Source of the DNA: Deltaproteobacteria bacterium
GTDB taxonomy: Bacteria > Myxococcota > SpSt-1050 > JACRCP01
DNA length: 48,103 nucleotides
Direction: 5' to 3'
Assembly (NCBI GenBank): GCA_016218965.1
Contig: JACRCP010000396.1
Location: 1-48,103 of the forward strand
The notes under the pieces were generated by a model. It made no database searches and was not told the DNA's origin. It saw nothing but the letters and a program-made list of their open reading frames with translations. Made by a program: the position numbers and the translations under genes. Numbering within the stretch: position 1 is the stretch's first letter; each line of letters begins with the position of its first letter. Shown here in pieces: positions 36,101-44,109 of this stretch.

Positions 36101-39100
36101 CCGTTCCCGACGCTTCCGGGAAAAGAAAAGAAAAAGGAGTTCGCGACACCGGGCGACTCGATCCGGCCCCGTTGGAATTTCTCGTACACGCCCGAGGCCG
36201 TGATGCGCGCGTGGGAGGACGGCGGCGTCAAGGGGAGCGGCGAGGTTTCGCACAACGACAAGGGCGAAGGCAAGGTTGCCATCCCCGCGCTCTCGGCGGG
36301 CGTCTATCGCCTCAAGTACGAGACACAGGACGAGTTCGGCGCCAAGTTCGAGATGTCAAAGGAGTTCGTCGTCGGCGGCCGCCGGGCGAACATCGCCCTC
36401 CCCTCGCTCCTGCTCGTCGAGGAATCGTCGGTCAAGGTCGGCGGCACGGCGCGGATTCTCGCGCTTTCGGGCCTGCGCGACCAGTACATGGTGCTCGACG
36501 TCTACCGTGAAGGGAAGCGCGTGGATCGGCGGCAGCTCGAATCGGGCCGGGACTCGACGCTCATAGAGATACCCGTGACCGAGAAAGACCGCGGCGGTTT
36601 CGGCGTGACGCTCTCGGTCCTCCGCGACCACCAGTTCATGCACTCGTCGCAGACGGTGTTCGTCCCGTGGGACGACAAGGAGTTGAAGGTCGAGTTCTCG
36701 ACGTTTAGGGACAAGCTCCGCCCCGGGCAGAAGGAGAAGTGGACGGTGAAGCTTTCCGGCCCAGAGGGAAAGGACACTGCAGTCGCGGCGGCCGAGGTTC
36801 TTTCGTACCTGTACGACCGATCGCTTGACGCCTTCGTCCCGCACAGTCCGCCGAGCCCGCTGTCCATCTGGCCCCACCGCGCCTCGGTCGTCTGGGCGCG
36901 TGCGAACCTCGGGACGGCACACCAGGAGTGGATCGAGAGCCGCGGGTTCAAGCCGCTCCCCGGTTGGCCCGACCTCCATCCGGACCGCCTGAAATTCTAC
37001 GAAGGCTACGGGATCGGCGGGCCCGGGAGGCGAAGGTACTACAAGGGCGGCGGCGCACCGGAAGGCGCGGCCATGCGCAAGTCGATGCCCATGAAGGCAA
37101 TGGCCCGGATGGATCGCGACGAGGCCGAAATGAAGGCCGAAGAGGCCAGGCCGCCCGCTGCGCCGGCCGCGCAGGCCCCGATGGAGGCCGCCGACAAGGC
37201 CGTGGCTACGTCGGAGACGAAACAAAAGGCCGGCGACGGGAGGGACCGCCGCGAACCCGAGGCGCCGGTGCAGATGCGCGCCGATTTTTCGGAGACCGCG
37301 TACTTTTTGCCGCACCTCATCACGGGCGCCGACGGCACGGCGTCAATCGAGTTCTCGGTACCCGATTCGGTCACCTCGTGGAACGTCTGGGTCCACGCGG
37401 TCACAAAGGACCTAAAATCCGGCTCGACGACAAAAGAGGCCAAAACCGTCAAAGACCTCATGGTCCGCCCGTACATCCCGCGCTTCCTGCGCGAGGGGGA
37501 CAAGGCCGAGATCAAGGTCGTCGTCAACAACGCCTCGGACAAGGAGATCAAGGGACATCTCGCATTCGACATCATCGACCCGTCTACAGAGAAGAGCGTG
37601 CTCGAGTCCTTCGGCCTGCGGCCAGAGGACACGAAGAAGCTCCCGTTCACCGTTCCGGCAGGCGGCGGAACAAACCTCGGTTTCTCGCTCGCGACACCTG
37701 CGAAGGTCGGCCTGATAGCATTCAAGGTCACCGCCGTGTCGGGCGATGTGTCCGACGGCGAGCTTCGGCCTATTCCGGTGCTCCCCGGGCGGATGCACCT
37801 TGCGCAGTCCCGGTTCGTGACGCTTCGGGGCAAGGGCCAGAGGGTCATGAAGTTCGCCGATCTTGAAAAGGCCGACGACTCGACGCTGATTAACGAACAG
37901 ATGGTCGTGACGCTCGACGCGCAACTCTTCTACTCGGTGCTCTCGGCACTCCCCTACCTCGTGAACTACCCGTACGAGTGCACCGAGCAGACGCTCAACC
38001 GCTTCGTCTCGACCGGGATACTCTCTTCGATGTACGCGAAGTACCCCGCCATCGAAAAGATGGCAAAGGAGTTCTCGACCCGGAAGACCGAGTTCGAGCA
38101 GTGGGACCAGCCTGATCCCAACAGGAAGATGGCGCTCGAGGAGACGCCGTGGCTCCGGATGGCCAAGGGCGGGACGCACGACTACGACGATCTCGTAAAC
38201 GTCCTCGACCCGCGGATCACCCGCGCCCAGCGCGACGCGTCGCTCGCGAAACTGCGCAAGGCGCAGACCAGCTCCGGCGGCTTCCCGTGGTTCCCCGGCG
38301 GCCCGCCGTCGCCGTGGATGACCGTCTACATGCTCTACGGCTTCTCGAAGGCCCTCGAGTTCGGCGTGGACGTCCCCAAGGACATGGTCCAGCGCGCGTG
38401 GTCGTACGTGCACCGGTACTACATTGACGAGATCGTACGCGACATGATCCGCCACGACTGCTGCTGGGAGACCGTCACGTTCATCAACTACGTGCTCTCG
38501 AACTATCCGGATTCGAGCTGGACCGGAGGCGTCTTCTCGGACGACGAGCGCCAGAAGATGCTGCTGTTCTCGTTTGGCAAGTGGAAGAAGCACTCGCCGT
38601 ATCTCAAGGGGTATCTCGCGCTTACGCTCAAGAGGATGAAGCGCGAGAAGGACGCGCGCCTCGTGTGGGAGTCGGTCCTCGATTCGGCAAAGGAGAAGGA
38701 GGACCAGGGGACGTTCTGGGCGCCAGAGGACCGCGGCTGGCTCTGGTACAACGACACGATCGAAACACATGCGTTTGCGATCAGGACGACCATGGAGCTG
38801 ATGCCCGAGGAGCCGAAGCTCGACGGGATGGTGCTCTGGATCTTCCTTAACAAGAAACTCAACCACTGGAAATCCACGCGCGCCACGGCCGAGGTGGTCT
38901 ATTCGCTTGCGCACTACCTCAAGAAGACCGACCAGCTCGGCGTGCGCGAGGACGCGGCGGTGACGTTAAACGGCGAGACGACGCGGTTCGTTTTTGAGCC
39001 CGACAAGTACACCGGGAAGAAGAACCAGATCGTCGTACCGGGCGAGAAAGTTGACCCGAAGCGCACATCGACGATCACGGTCGAAAAGGACAGCAAAGGC

Positions 39101-39607
39101 TATCTCTTCGCCTCGGCGACGTGGCACTTCTCGACCGAGAAGCTGCCCGAGGAAGACCGCGGCGACTACCTTGCCGTCTCGCGACAGTTCTTCAGGAGGG
39201 TCAACACCGGCCGCGAGTTCGTCTTGCAGCCGCTCAAGGACGGGACAGCGCTTTCTCCCGGCGACGAGGTCGAGGTCCACATATCGCTCCGCTCAAAGCA
39301 CCAGATGGAGTACGTTCACCTGCGCGACCCGAGGGGCGCCGGTTTCGAGCCCGAAGGCGCCGTGAGCAGGCACAAGTGGGAGCTGGGCATCTACTGGTAC
39401 GAGGAGTACCGCGACTCCGGGACCAACTTCTTCTTCGAAAGACTCCCGCAGGGCGAGTACACGTTCAAGTACCGGATAAGGGCCGCGACGGCAGGCACCT
39501 TCAAGGTCGCGCCGGCGACCGTGCAACCGATGTACGCGCCGGAGTTCAACGCGTACAGCGCGGGAGCGGTGGTGAAGATCAGTTCGTCGGAGGAAAAGGC
39601 GAAGTAG
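33116..39607 (+). CDS. Bacterial alpha-2-macroglobulin family protein (YfhM/ECAM-like) with an intact thioester motif
   Basis: ~2160-aa ORF. The thioester signature YPYECTEQ (CxEQ) lies at ~37960-37985 within LVNYPYECTEQTLNRFV. MG-domain-like repeats precede it. A lipoprotein-type signal (LSGLFLAAAVLSALAGC) lies ~102 codons inside the ORF at the TTG at 33422. The ATG at 33116 has a strong GAGGAGG RBS but encodes a 100-aa Arg/Pro-rich extension, so the true start is uncertain. Confidence 0.85.
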   Translation: MTSPSVTHRPAVVRTVSSGALKARELLSLGQRPRYTGPKPGEALKGRNVRVSGCDPTSLALSGLASRSQPPPGALPRAEESRAFSAQPHRPRRRTAAGEPRTLSGLFLAAAVLSALAGCGGHAGAADAKQAGADAGGAGAAEEVAPLKVIKWTGKFSDGWKEFDKLANEQKHEKASELVEKMLESAKSSKDSEEWVRCLIKWTTLRVALHGYETSVRFLREQPWPEDLLGSTVLNLYYARTLVTYAHSYSWEINKRERVETKGVVDLKAWTMDQIFAEAQRAYEEVWKHREQLGDLPAKHLSEYLEPNTYPEGIRPTLRDAVSYLRVEILADTQGWRPEQSNEVFRLDLKNLLSDAPAAKDGKVFDLADPGVHPLEKIAAILADLEQWHAKKARKEAAFEARRERLERLHASFTEDQDRARIKHDLEKRLGGVSGKPWWSMGMATLSTFVQAEDASDALIRARKIAIEGREAFPDSVGGKRCNHVVKSIEAPDYSLSGMSSDGPKKRSIEVTHKNLGALHFRAYAVDIVRQIETADDYRIYPGWKALQKMVESGRPAHTWSVELPATPDYRMHETFVTPPMTKSGLYVVMASARKDYAQDDNKILGLDVVVTDLVMVTRQEGGEVEVTVLDGPAGKPVPGAEVTLYKYDWRNKHKSVDSETTDAKGVVRFSRKSQDGSYFLFAKKGVEVAYDPNYLYFYRQQPAPDQHATLIFTDRSIYRPMQKLFWKALVYHGRYDRADYKIATNTSVTISLVDPNHQTVETKTVTTNAYGTASGEFTIPTGRILGQWHLQSSLNGTAYVRVEEYKRPTFESKFLDPASALRLNKPATLKGEARYYFGLPVTNGAVKWRVTREPVYPWWWGWYWWAESRPAAAKIQTVATGTAALKEDGTFTFTFTPEADERGAESKHLTFRYAVTADVTDEGGETRSASKSFRLGFVSVEAAVRMETGFLMEGQTGDLTVLRTNLDGVPKAGKGAWKLLATSGPKEALTPAEQPFPTLPGKEKKKEFATPGDSIRPRWNFSYTPEAVMRAWEDGGVKGSGEVSHNDKGEGKVAIPALSAGVYRLKYETQDEFGAKFEMSKEFVVGGRRANIALPSLLLVEESSVKVGGTARILALSGLRDQYMVLDVYREGKRVDRRQLESGRDSTLIEIPVTEKDRGGFGVTLSVLRDHQFMHSSQTVFVPWDDKELKVEFSTFRDKLRPGQKEKWTVKLSGPEGKDTAVAAAEVLSYLYDRSLDAFVPHSPPSPLSIWPHRASVVWARANLGTAHQEWIESRGFKPLPGWPDLHPDRLKFYEGYGIGGPGRRRYYKGGGAPEGAAMRKSMPMKAMARMDRDEAEMKAEEARPPAAPAAQAPMEAADKAVATSETKQKAGDGRDRREPEAPVQMRADFSETAYFLPHLITGADGTASIEFSVPDSVTSWNVWVHAVTKDLKSGSTTKEAKTVKDLMVRPYIPRFLREGDKAEIKVVVNNASDKEIKGHLAFDIIDPSTEKSVLESFGLRPEDTKKLPFTVPAGGGTNLGFSLATPAKVGLIAFKVTAVSGDVSDGELRPIPVLPGRMHLAQSRFVTLRGKGQRVMKFADLEKADDSTLINEQMVVTLDAQLFYSVLSALPYLVNYPYECTEQTLNRFVSTGILSSMYAKYPAIEKMAKEFSTRKTEFEQWDQPDPNRKMALEETPWLRMAKGGTHDYDDLVNVLDPRITRAQRDASLAKLRKAQTSSGGFPWFPGGPPSPWMTVYMLYGFSKALEFGVDVPKDMVQRAWSYVHRYYIDEIVRDMIRHDCCWETVTFINYVLSNYPDSSWTGGVFSDDERQKMLLFSFGKWKKHSPYLKGYLALTLKRMKREKDARLVWESVLDSAKEKEDQGTFWAPEDRGWLWYNDTIETHAFAIRTTMELMPEEPKLDGMVLWIFLNKKLNHWKSTRATAEVVYSLAHYLKKTDQLGVREDAAVTLNGETTRFVFEPDKYTGKKNQIVVPGEKVDPKRTSTITVEKDSKGYLFASATWHFSTEKLPEEDRGDYLAVSRQFFRRVNTGREFVLQPLKDGTALSPGDEVEVHISLRSKHQMEYVHLRDPRGAGFEPEGAVSRHKWELGIYWYEEYRDSGTNFFFERLPQGEYTFKYRIRAATAGTFKVAPATVQPMYAPEFNAYSAGAVVKISSSEEKAK

Positions 39608-39666
39608 TCCCGAGTCTTGAGCCCGTGCCCCGGTTGACCGCCGCGCCGCGCCGTCCGGGGTGCCAC

Positions 39667-39685
39667 GGACAACCGCAGGTTGTCC
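39667..39685 (+). terminator. GC-rich hairpin (GGACAACC-GCAG-GGTTGTCC) 60 nt downstream of the A2M stop, with no U-tract
   Basis: Perfect 8-bp inverted repeat seen in sequence. Terminator function is inferred only. Confidence 0.25.
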
Positions 39686-39799
39686 GTGTGCGACGCGCGA
39701 CGTCGTCGCGTGGCGCGAAACATCCCCGAGCCTGTCGAAGGGCTAAGGTTCCCGCCAATGCGGGCTGCCGGGTAGATGGATCGAGGATTGGAGGGATCC

Positions 39800-40252
39800 A
39801 TGGCACTGATGCTCTCGCGTGCAAAGAGGACCATCGGCGCGTTCATCTTCTCGCTTCTCATGTACACCTTCCCGTCACTCGGCGGCGGCTGCAACGTGGC
39901 CGAAGAAAAGGACGGCGGGGCGGAGGTGTTGCCCGCGGAAGATGCCGGTTCGTCAGACGCCGGCCCGTTGGACTACGGTTCTTCGGAAGCGGGTTACGGT
40001 CCGCCTTCCTGCACGACCGACGACGACTGCCGATCTCCCGAAGACCAGACTGCAGTCGCGTACTGCGATCAAGCGCGAGGCTGGTGCGAATACATCTTCT
40101 CGTGCGATTCGGATTCGGAGTGCCAAGAACACTTTGGAGAGTCCTTTTTCTGCGACCCCAAAAAAAAGCAATGCGTTTCCGGGCAAACAGACTTTGACGG
40201 CGGCTTCGACCCCGACGCGGACGCCACCCCCGATGCGGGCACCGCCGATTAG
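39800..40252 (+). CDS. Cys-rich secreted or lipoprotein-like protein, paralog A of the shared 45-aa leader family
   Basis: GGAGGG RBS. MALMLSRAKRTIGAFIFSLLMYTFPSLGGGCNVAEEKDGGAE is almost identical to the N-terminus of the 41072 gene. The mature part has CTTDDDC...C...C units (8 Cys). Confidence 0.7.
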   Translation: MALMLSRAKRTIGAFIFSLLMYTFPSLGGGCNVAEEKDGGAEVLPAEDAGSSDAGPLDYGSSEAGYGPPSCTTDDDCRSPEDQTAVAYCDQARGWCEYIFSCDSDSECQEHFGESFFCDPKKKQCVSGQTDFDGGFDPDADATPDAGTAD

Positions 40253-40297
40253 ACCGACGTGCGATGTCCTGAAGTTCGGCGGTTTGACGGCGCGCGC

Positions 40298-40630
40298 CTA
40301 CGCCCTTGTCAACCGTTCCAGCAGGACATCACCCAGGTTCCTCCTACTATCGAGAACGGCCGACACGTAGACCGTGCCGCCCACAACCTCGTATATGATT
40401 CTCCATGGCGCGACGATCAACTCCCGGAAACCTGTCAGCCCGACCAGCTCCAATTCCGGCACCCTGCGTCCACGGAACGGAGACATGTCGAGCGTCCGAA
40501 ATCTGGCCTCGATCGTGTCCATGATTCGCGCGGCTGTTTCGCGCGATTCCCGCTCGATGTAACGGCCTATCGACTCGAGGTCCTCCCTCGCCAAAGGAGA
40601 AGTGCTGACCTCGAATCTACGACCGCTCAT
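40298..40630 (-). CDS. RelE/ParE-family toxin
   Basis: 110 aa with the ParE/RelE fold signature (PFRGRRVPELELVGLTGFRELIV...YEVV). Overlaps the upstream antitoxin gene by 14 nt. Confidence 0.75.
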   Translation of the reverse strand: MSGRRFEVSTSPLAREDLESIGRYIERESRETAARIMDTIEARFRTLDMSPFRGRRVPELELVGLTGFRELIVAPWRIIYEVVGGTVYVSAVLDSRRNLGDVLLERLTRA

Positions 40631-40907
40631 CTCTCGCCTTCTTCATCGCGGCCCGCACGCGGGCAAATACCTGGTCCGTGGTTTCACCGCGGCCTTCCCG
40701 AAATTCCCTGTCGCTTTGCGCGATGATCTTGAGCATCGCCAGCGTTTCCTGCCAGCGGTCCCAGGTCGCGACGTCCATCAAGACGGCCTTGGCCTCGCCG
40801 TTCTGCGTGATGACCATCTGGCCGCCGGTCTCGACCACCTCTCGCACAACGTCCGCCGTGTGGTTCTTGAGATACGTGATGGGTTTGATCGCTTTAGCAA
40901 GCCGCAT
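40617..40907 (-). CDS. Phd/YefM-family antitoxin
   Basis: 96 aa with the YefM-like N-terminal region (KPITYLKNHTADVVREVVETGGQMVITQNGEAKAVLM). Confidence 0.75.
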   Translation of the reverse strand: MRLAKAIKPITYLKNHTADVVREVVETGGQMVITQNGEAKAVLMDVATWDRWQETLAMLKIIAQSDREFREGRGETTDQVFARVRAAMKKARDERS

Positions 40908-40976
40908 GTTTCACCTCCTGACATGTCCGAATTTAGCACCTTTTAAGGACCGCAACAACAGGATCGTTTTTGGCCT

Positions 40977-41021
40977 GCGGCAGCAAGCTGCCGCGAACGC
41001 AAAGCGCAAGCATGCTTGCGC
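40977..41021. repeat. Double-palindrome element (GCGGCAGCAAGCTGCCGC-N9-GCGCAAGCATGCTTGCGC), second copy of the element at 4434-4475
   Basis: Two perfect 18-bp palindromes. The first is identical to 4434-4451 and the second differs by 1 nt from 4458-4475. It lies in the divergent region between the Phd/YefM start and the Cys-rich gene, 17 nt upstream of a TATAAT (41039-41044). Confidence 0.55.
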
Positions 41022-41071
41022 ACCCCACCCGACCGGCGTATAATGTGCCTGCACCGGGCAAGGAGGGAAAC

Positions 41072-41818
41072 ATGGCGCTCATCATCACGCGGGCCAAAAG
41101 GACCATCGGCGCGTTCATCTTCTCGCTTCTGCTGTACATCTTCCCGTCACTTGGCGGCGGGTGCAACGTGGCCGACGAGAAGGACGGCGGGGCCGAGATG
41201 TCGGACGTGTCCCCCGGCGGGGACGACGCTGTTTTGGCGGATGGCAGCACCTCGCCCGACGGCGGCTCGGAGGACTTTGGAAACACCTGTGGCGCCTACG
41301 GACCTCCCCCCTGCGAGTCCGACGAGGACTGCGCCGCGTACGGCGACGGCTACTACTGCGACAAGGATCATCAGATCAACATGTGCGGCGAGACGACCAC
41401 GTGGCCAACCTGCAAGGGAGGCGTTGTCACGAGCGACGCCGGCCCGCAGGACGCAGGCTACGAGGACTACGGGAACACCTGCGCCGCGTACGGCCCGCGG
41501 CCGTGCGACACCGACCAGGATTGCCGCGACTGGAACGACGCCGGCAACTGGGTCTGCGACAAGGACCATGTCGCGGGCTACTGCAACGGAGAACCGATGA
41601 CGTGGCCGACCTGCATCGAGACCGCCGATGCGGACGCAGGCTACGCCGACTTCGGAACGCCCTGCGCCGCGTACGGTCCCCAGCCGGCGCCCTGCGAGAC
41701 CGATGCTGAATGCGTTGCGCAGAACGGCGCGGGGTGGTACTGCGACAAAGATTTCGTCATTGACGTCTGCGGAACGCTGACGACCCAGCCGACGTGCGTT
41801 CCCGGCGGGGACAAATAA
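41072..41818 (+). CDS. Cys-rich secreted or lipoprotein-like protein with three ~55-aa six-Cys repeats, paralog B of the shared leader family
   Basis: AAGGAGGG RBS. The leader MALIITRAKRTIGAFIFSLLLYIFPSLGGGCNVADEKDGGAE, then three repeats of G-N/T-T/P-C-x-AYGP-x-PC-x-[ST]D-x-[DE]C...CDKD-x6-C-x8-C. Confidence 0.75.
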   Translation: MALIITRAKRTIGAFIFSLLLYIFPSLGGGCNVADEKDGGAEMSDVSPGGDDAVLADGSTSPDGGSEDFGNTCGAYGPPPCESDEDCAAYGDGYYCDKDHQINMCGETTTWPTCKGGVVTSDAGPQDAGYEDYGNTCAAYGPRPCDTDQDCRDWNDAGNWVCDKDHVAGYCNGEPMTWPTCIETADADAGYADFGTPCAAYGPQPAPCETDAECVAQNGAGWYCDKDFVIDVCGTLTTQPTCVPGGDK

Positions 41819-41837
41819 ACCGGAACAGGCAAAGAAC

Positions 41838-41904
41838 GATGCTGGATGCTAGATGCTAGATGGCGCAGATCGAAATCCAGCATCCAACGTCCGGCATCCA
41901 GCAT
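41838..41904 (+). promoter_or_regulatory. Tandem GATGCT(G/A)GATGCTAGATG repeats paired with a downstream inverted copy (ATCCAGCATCC...GGCATCCAGCATCC), forming an extended stem-loop spanning the annotated rSAM start
   Basis: Direct and inverted repeats seen in sequence. A regulatory role is inferred. Confidence 0.35.
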
Positions 41905-42992
41905 CCGCTGTGCCGCGCACCGCATCTGACGCATTCCGACACTTTGCCGCGAAGCACCCGCTCGGGTACCTCTACCTCGAGATCACGCGCCGATGTAACC
42001 TCAAGTGCGTCTACTGCGGAAGCTCCTGCGGCCCGAAGACGCTCCCCGAGGAGATGCCGGTCGCTCGCTGGGTCGCGGTGCTCGAACAGATTGCTGCCGA
42101 CTTCGATTCGAAGAAGATCATGCTCGCCATCACGGGCGGCGAGCCGCTTCTCAAGCCCGACGTGTTCGACCTCTTCGGCGCGGCAAAAAGGCTGGGTTTT
42201 CCATTTGGGATGGTCACAAACGCGACGCTCATCGACGACAAGATGGCCGAACGACTCGCCGGATGCGGGATTGGGTCAATCTCGCTCTCGTTCGACGCCC
42301 CGCCGGAGGTGAACGACTCGCTCCGCGGGAAGGGGATCTCGGAGCGGGTTGCGCGCGCCGCGAAAGCACTTCAGGATGCCGGTTACCGCGGCAAGCTCGA
42401 GATCATGACGACGTTTACGAAACCCGTCACGCCGCACTTGGACGCCCTTCGCAAGTACATCTCCCAACTCCGGGTCGGCCTCTGGCGGATTGTCCCCGTT
42501 ATGCCCATAGGTCAGGCGGCGACGCGGCCCGACCTCCTACCGGACTGCGAGGACTTCAAGACCCTTCTCAAGTTCGTCGAGACCGCGCGCAAAGACGGCT
42601 TGCGCCCGGCGCCCGAGCTTGGAGAGGAGGGGTTTTTGGGCGACCCCTACGAGACCGAAAAGTCCGTCCGCCCGTACAAGTTCCTCTGCCGCGCGGGTCT
42701 CACCATCGCGGGCATCTCGTACGACGGGAAGATCGGCGCCTGCCCCGAGCTGACTCCCGCGTTCACACAGGGCCACGTGGACCGGGACCGTTTCAAGGAC
42801 GTGTGGGAGACGAGATACGAAGTCTTCCGCAAACGGGACTGGACGCGGGTCGGCCAATGCCACAGTTGCAGGTCGTTCGACCGTTGCCTCGGCGGCAGCA
42901 TGCACCTCTACGAAAAACCCGGCGACGCCACCTGCCGGTGCCTTTTTGAAATGATCGGAGGAGACCGGACGACCGCGGGCCGCACGTCGTAG
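41853..42992 (+). CDS. Radical SAM/SPASM-domain enzyme (anSME/peptide-maturase-like) downstream of the Cys-rich repeat gene
   Basis: RRCNLKCVYC CxxxCxxC, TGGEPLL, and a C-terminal SPASM-like CHSCRSFDRC plus further Cys. The start could instead be the GTG at 41910 just after the stem-loop. Confidence 0.8.
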   Translation: MLDGADRNPASNVRHPASAVPRTASDAFRHFAAKHPLGYLYLEITRRCNLKCVYCGSSCGPKTLPEEMPVARWVAVLEQIAADFDSKKIMLAITGGEPLLKPDVFDLFGAAKRLGFPFGMVTNATLIDDKMAERLAGCGIGSISLSFDAPPEVNDSLRGKGISERVARAAKALQDAGYRGKLEIMTTFTKPVTPHLDALRKYISQLRVGLWRIVPVMPIGQAATRPDLLPDCEDFKTLLKFVETARKDGLRPAPELGEEGFLGDPYETEKSVRPYKFLCRAGLTIAGISYDGKIGACPELTPAFTQGHVDRDRFKDVWETRYEVFRKRDWTRVGQCHSCRSFDRCLGGSMHLYEKPGDATCRCLFEMIGGDRTTAGRTS

Positions 42993-43104
42993 CGCCTTAC
43001 AGGATGTGTTTCTCTATGTGGCCGTATCCCGGCGTCCGTGAACGCCGATCCAACTGGCCATCACGAACCGCCGTGCCTTCGGGAACTTCTGCGTGAGCGC
43101 CATG

Positions 43105-43488
43105 TCAGTCGGAGTTCATTGGCACGGCGGTGTCCGGCAACTTGCGCACGCGGTGCCTGCCGGGTTCGACGACGATGAATGATCTCAGGAGATCGTCCTG
43201 TGAGTGATGGCTGAAAACAGCAGTCAATTCGTCGTGAACGGCTTCCAGCGTACCGGGCGACACCCGCAGGTAGATCACTCCCCCTCTCCGGCCCCCCAAA
43301 AAAACCAGCGAACCGAAGTCCCTGTCTCGCGTTACCACAACCCGGCCTTCGGCGGCGCCCTTCTTAAGGATGGCCTCGTCAGCGGCAAGATGCACTTGCA
43401 GCCGCGCCACCGTCACAACGTCGTGCCCGAGACTCAGAAGATGCCGAACAGTGGCCGCATAGACGTCCTGATCGACAAGAAGTCTCAT
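43105..43488 (-). CDS. DUF5615-type (Mut7-C/PIN-like) putative toxin
   Basis: MRLLVDQDV...VVTRDRDFGSL pattern typical of the PIN-like partner of DUF433 proteins. Confidence 0.6.
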   Translation of the reverse strand: MRLLVDQDVYAATVRHLLSLGHDVVTVARLQVHLAADEAILKKGAAEGRVVVTRDRDFGSLVFLGGRRGGVIYLRVSPGTLEAVHDELTAVFSHHSQDDLLRSFIVVEPGRHRVRKLPDTAVPMNSD

Positions 43489-43724
43489 GCCGGGGGCGCC
43501 GGGGTGGAAACGTGCAGCTCTTCGGCGTCAAGAACGTCGATCGCGTATTGCACGCACGCGCGGATGTCATCCTCGGAGATATCAGGATAGTAGTCGCGGA
43601 CGATCCGCTCAAAAGGGACGCTCTCCCTGACCAGCTCCAGCACGTCGTGAACGGGAATTCGCGTTCCCGCAACGCAGGGCTTTCCGAAATGTACTTTCGG
43701 GTCGACTTCGATTCTCTCCTTCAT
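43485..43724 (-). CDS. DUF433-family small protein (antitoxin-like partner)
   Basis: Internal ATG at 43724 with GGGAGG RBS. Conserved GKPCVAGTRIPV motif. 4-nt overlap with the DUF5615 gene. Confidence 0.65.
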   Translation of the reverse strand: MKERIEVDPKVHFGKPCVAGTRIPVHDVLELVRESVPFERIVRDYYPDISEDDIRACVQYAIDVLDAEELHVSTPAPPA

Positions 43725-44109
43725 CGCGCCTACCTCCCGGTCTACGACCAGCACCATTATGCATTCCGCCGGCGGGATCGTCAATGGACCAAGCACAACG
43801 GAAGGTTAGCCGTTTCGATGAAGTGGGCCCCGGCCGCGGCGTTCGACCCTCGCGGGCTGCTTGTCGCAGCCGGGGTGCGGACTCTTCGGCCCGGCGTCTG
43901 CCGGCCCGGGAGAAGGGCCAGGACGGCCTCGGCTCGCCCACGGCGCGATAAGATCCCAGGGTAGCCGCTGCAACACGCGACCCCCGTGGGGTCGTCCGTC
44001 ACCGGCCATTCGGAATGTGCAGAACGTTCCTTCCTTCCCGTTCGTCGTCCGACGCTTCTGCCGGAATGCCCCACGGGGGCATCGTATTGAAGCCCGGGGT
44101 TGCCGCAGG

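Noticed and set aside
36356-38914. Minus-strand ORFs 36356-37315 and 37412-38914 inside the A2M gene
   Set aside because: Antisense shadows of a gene with an unambiguous thioester A2M signature.
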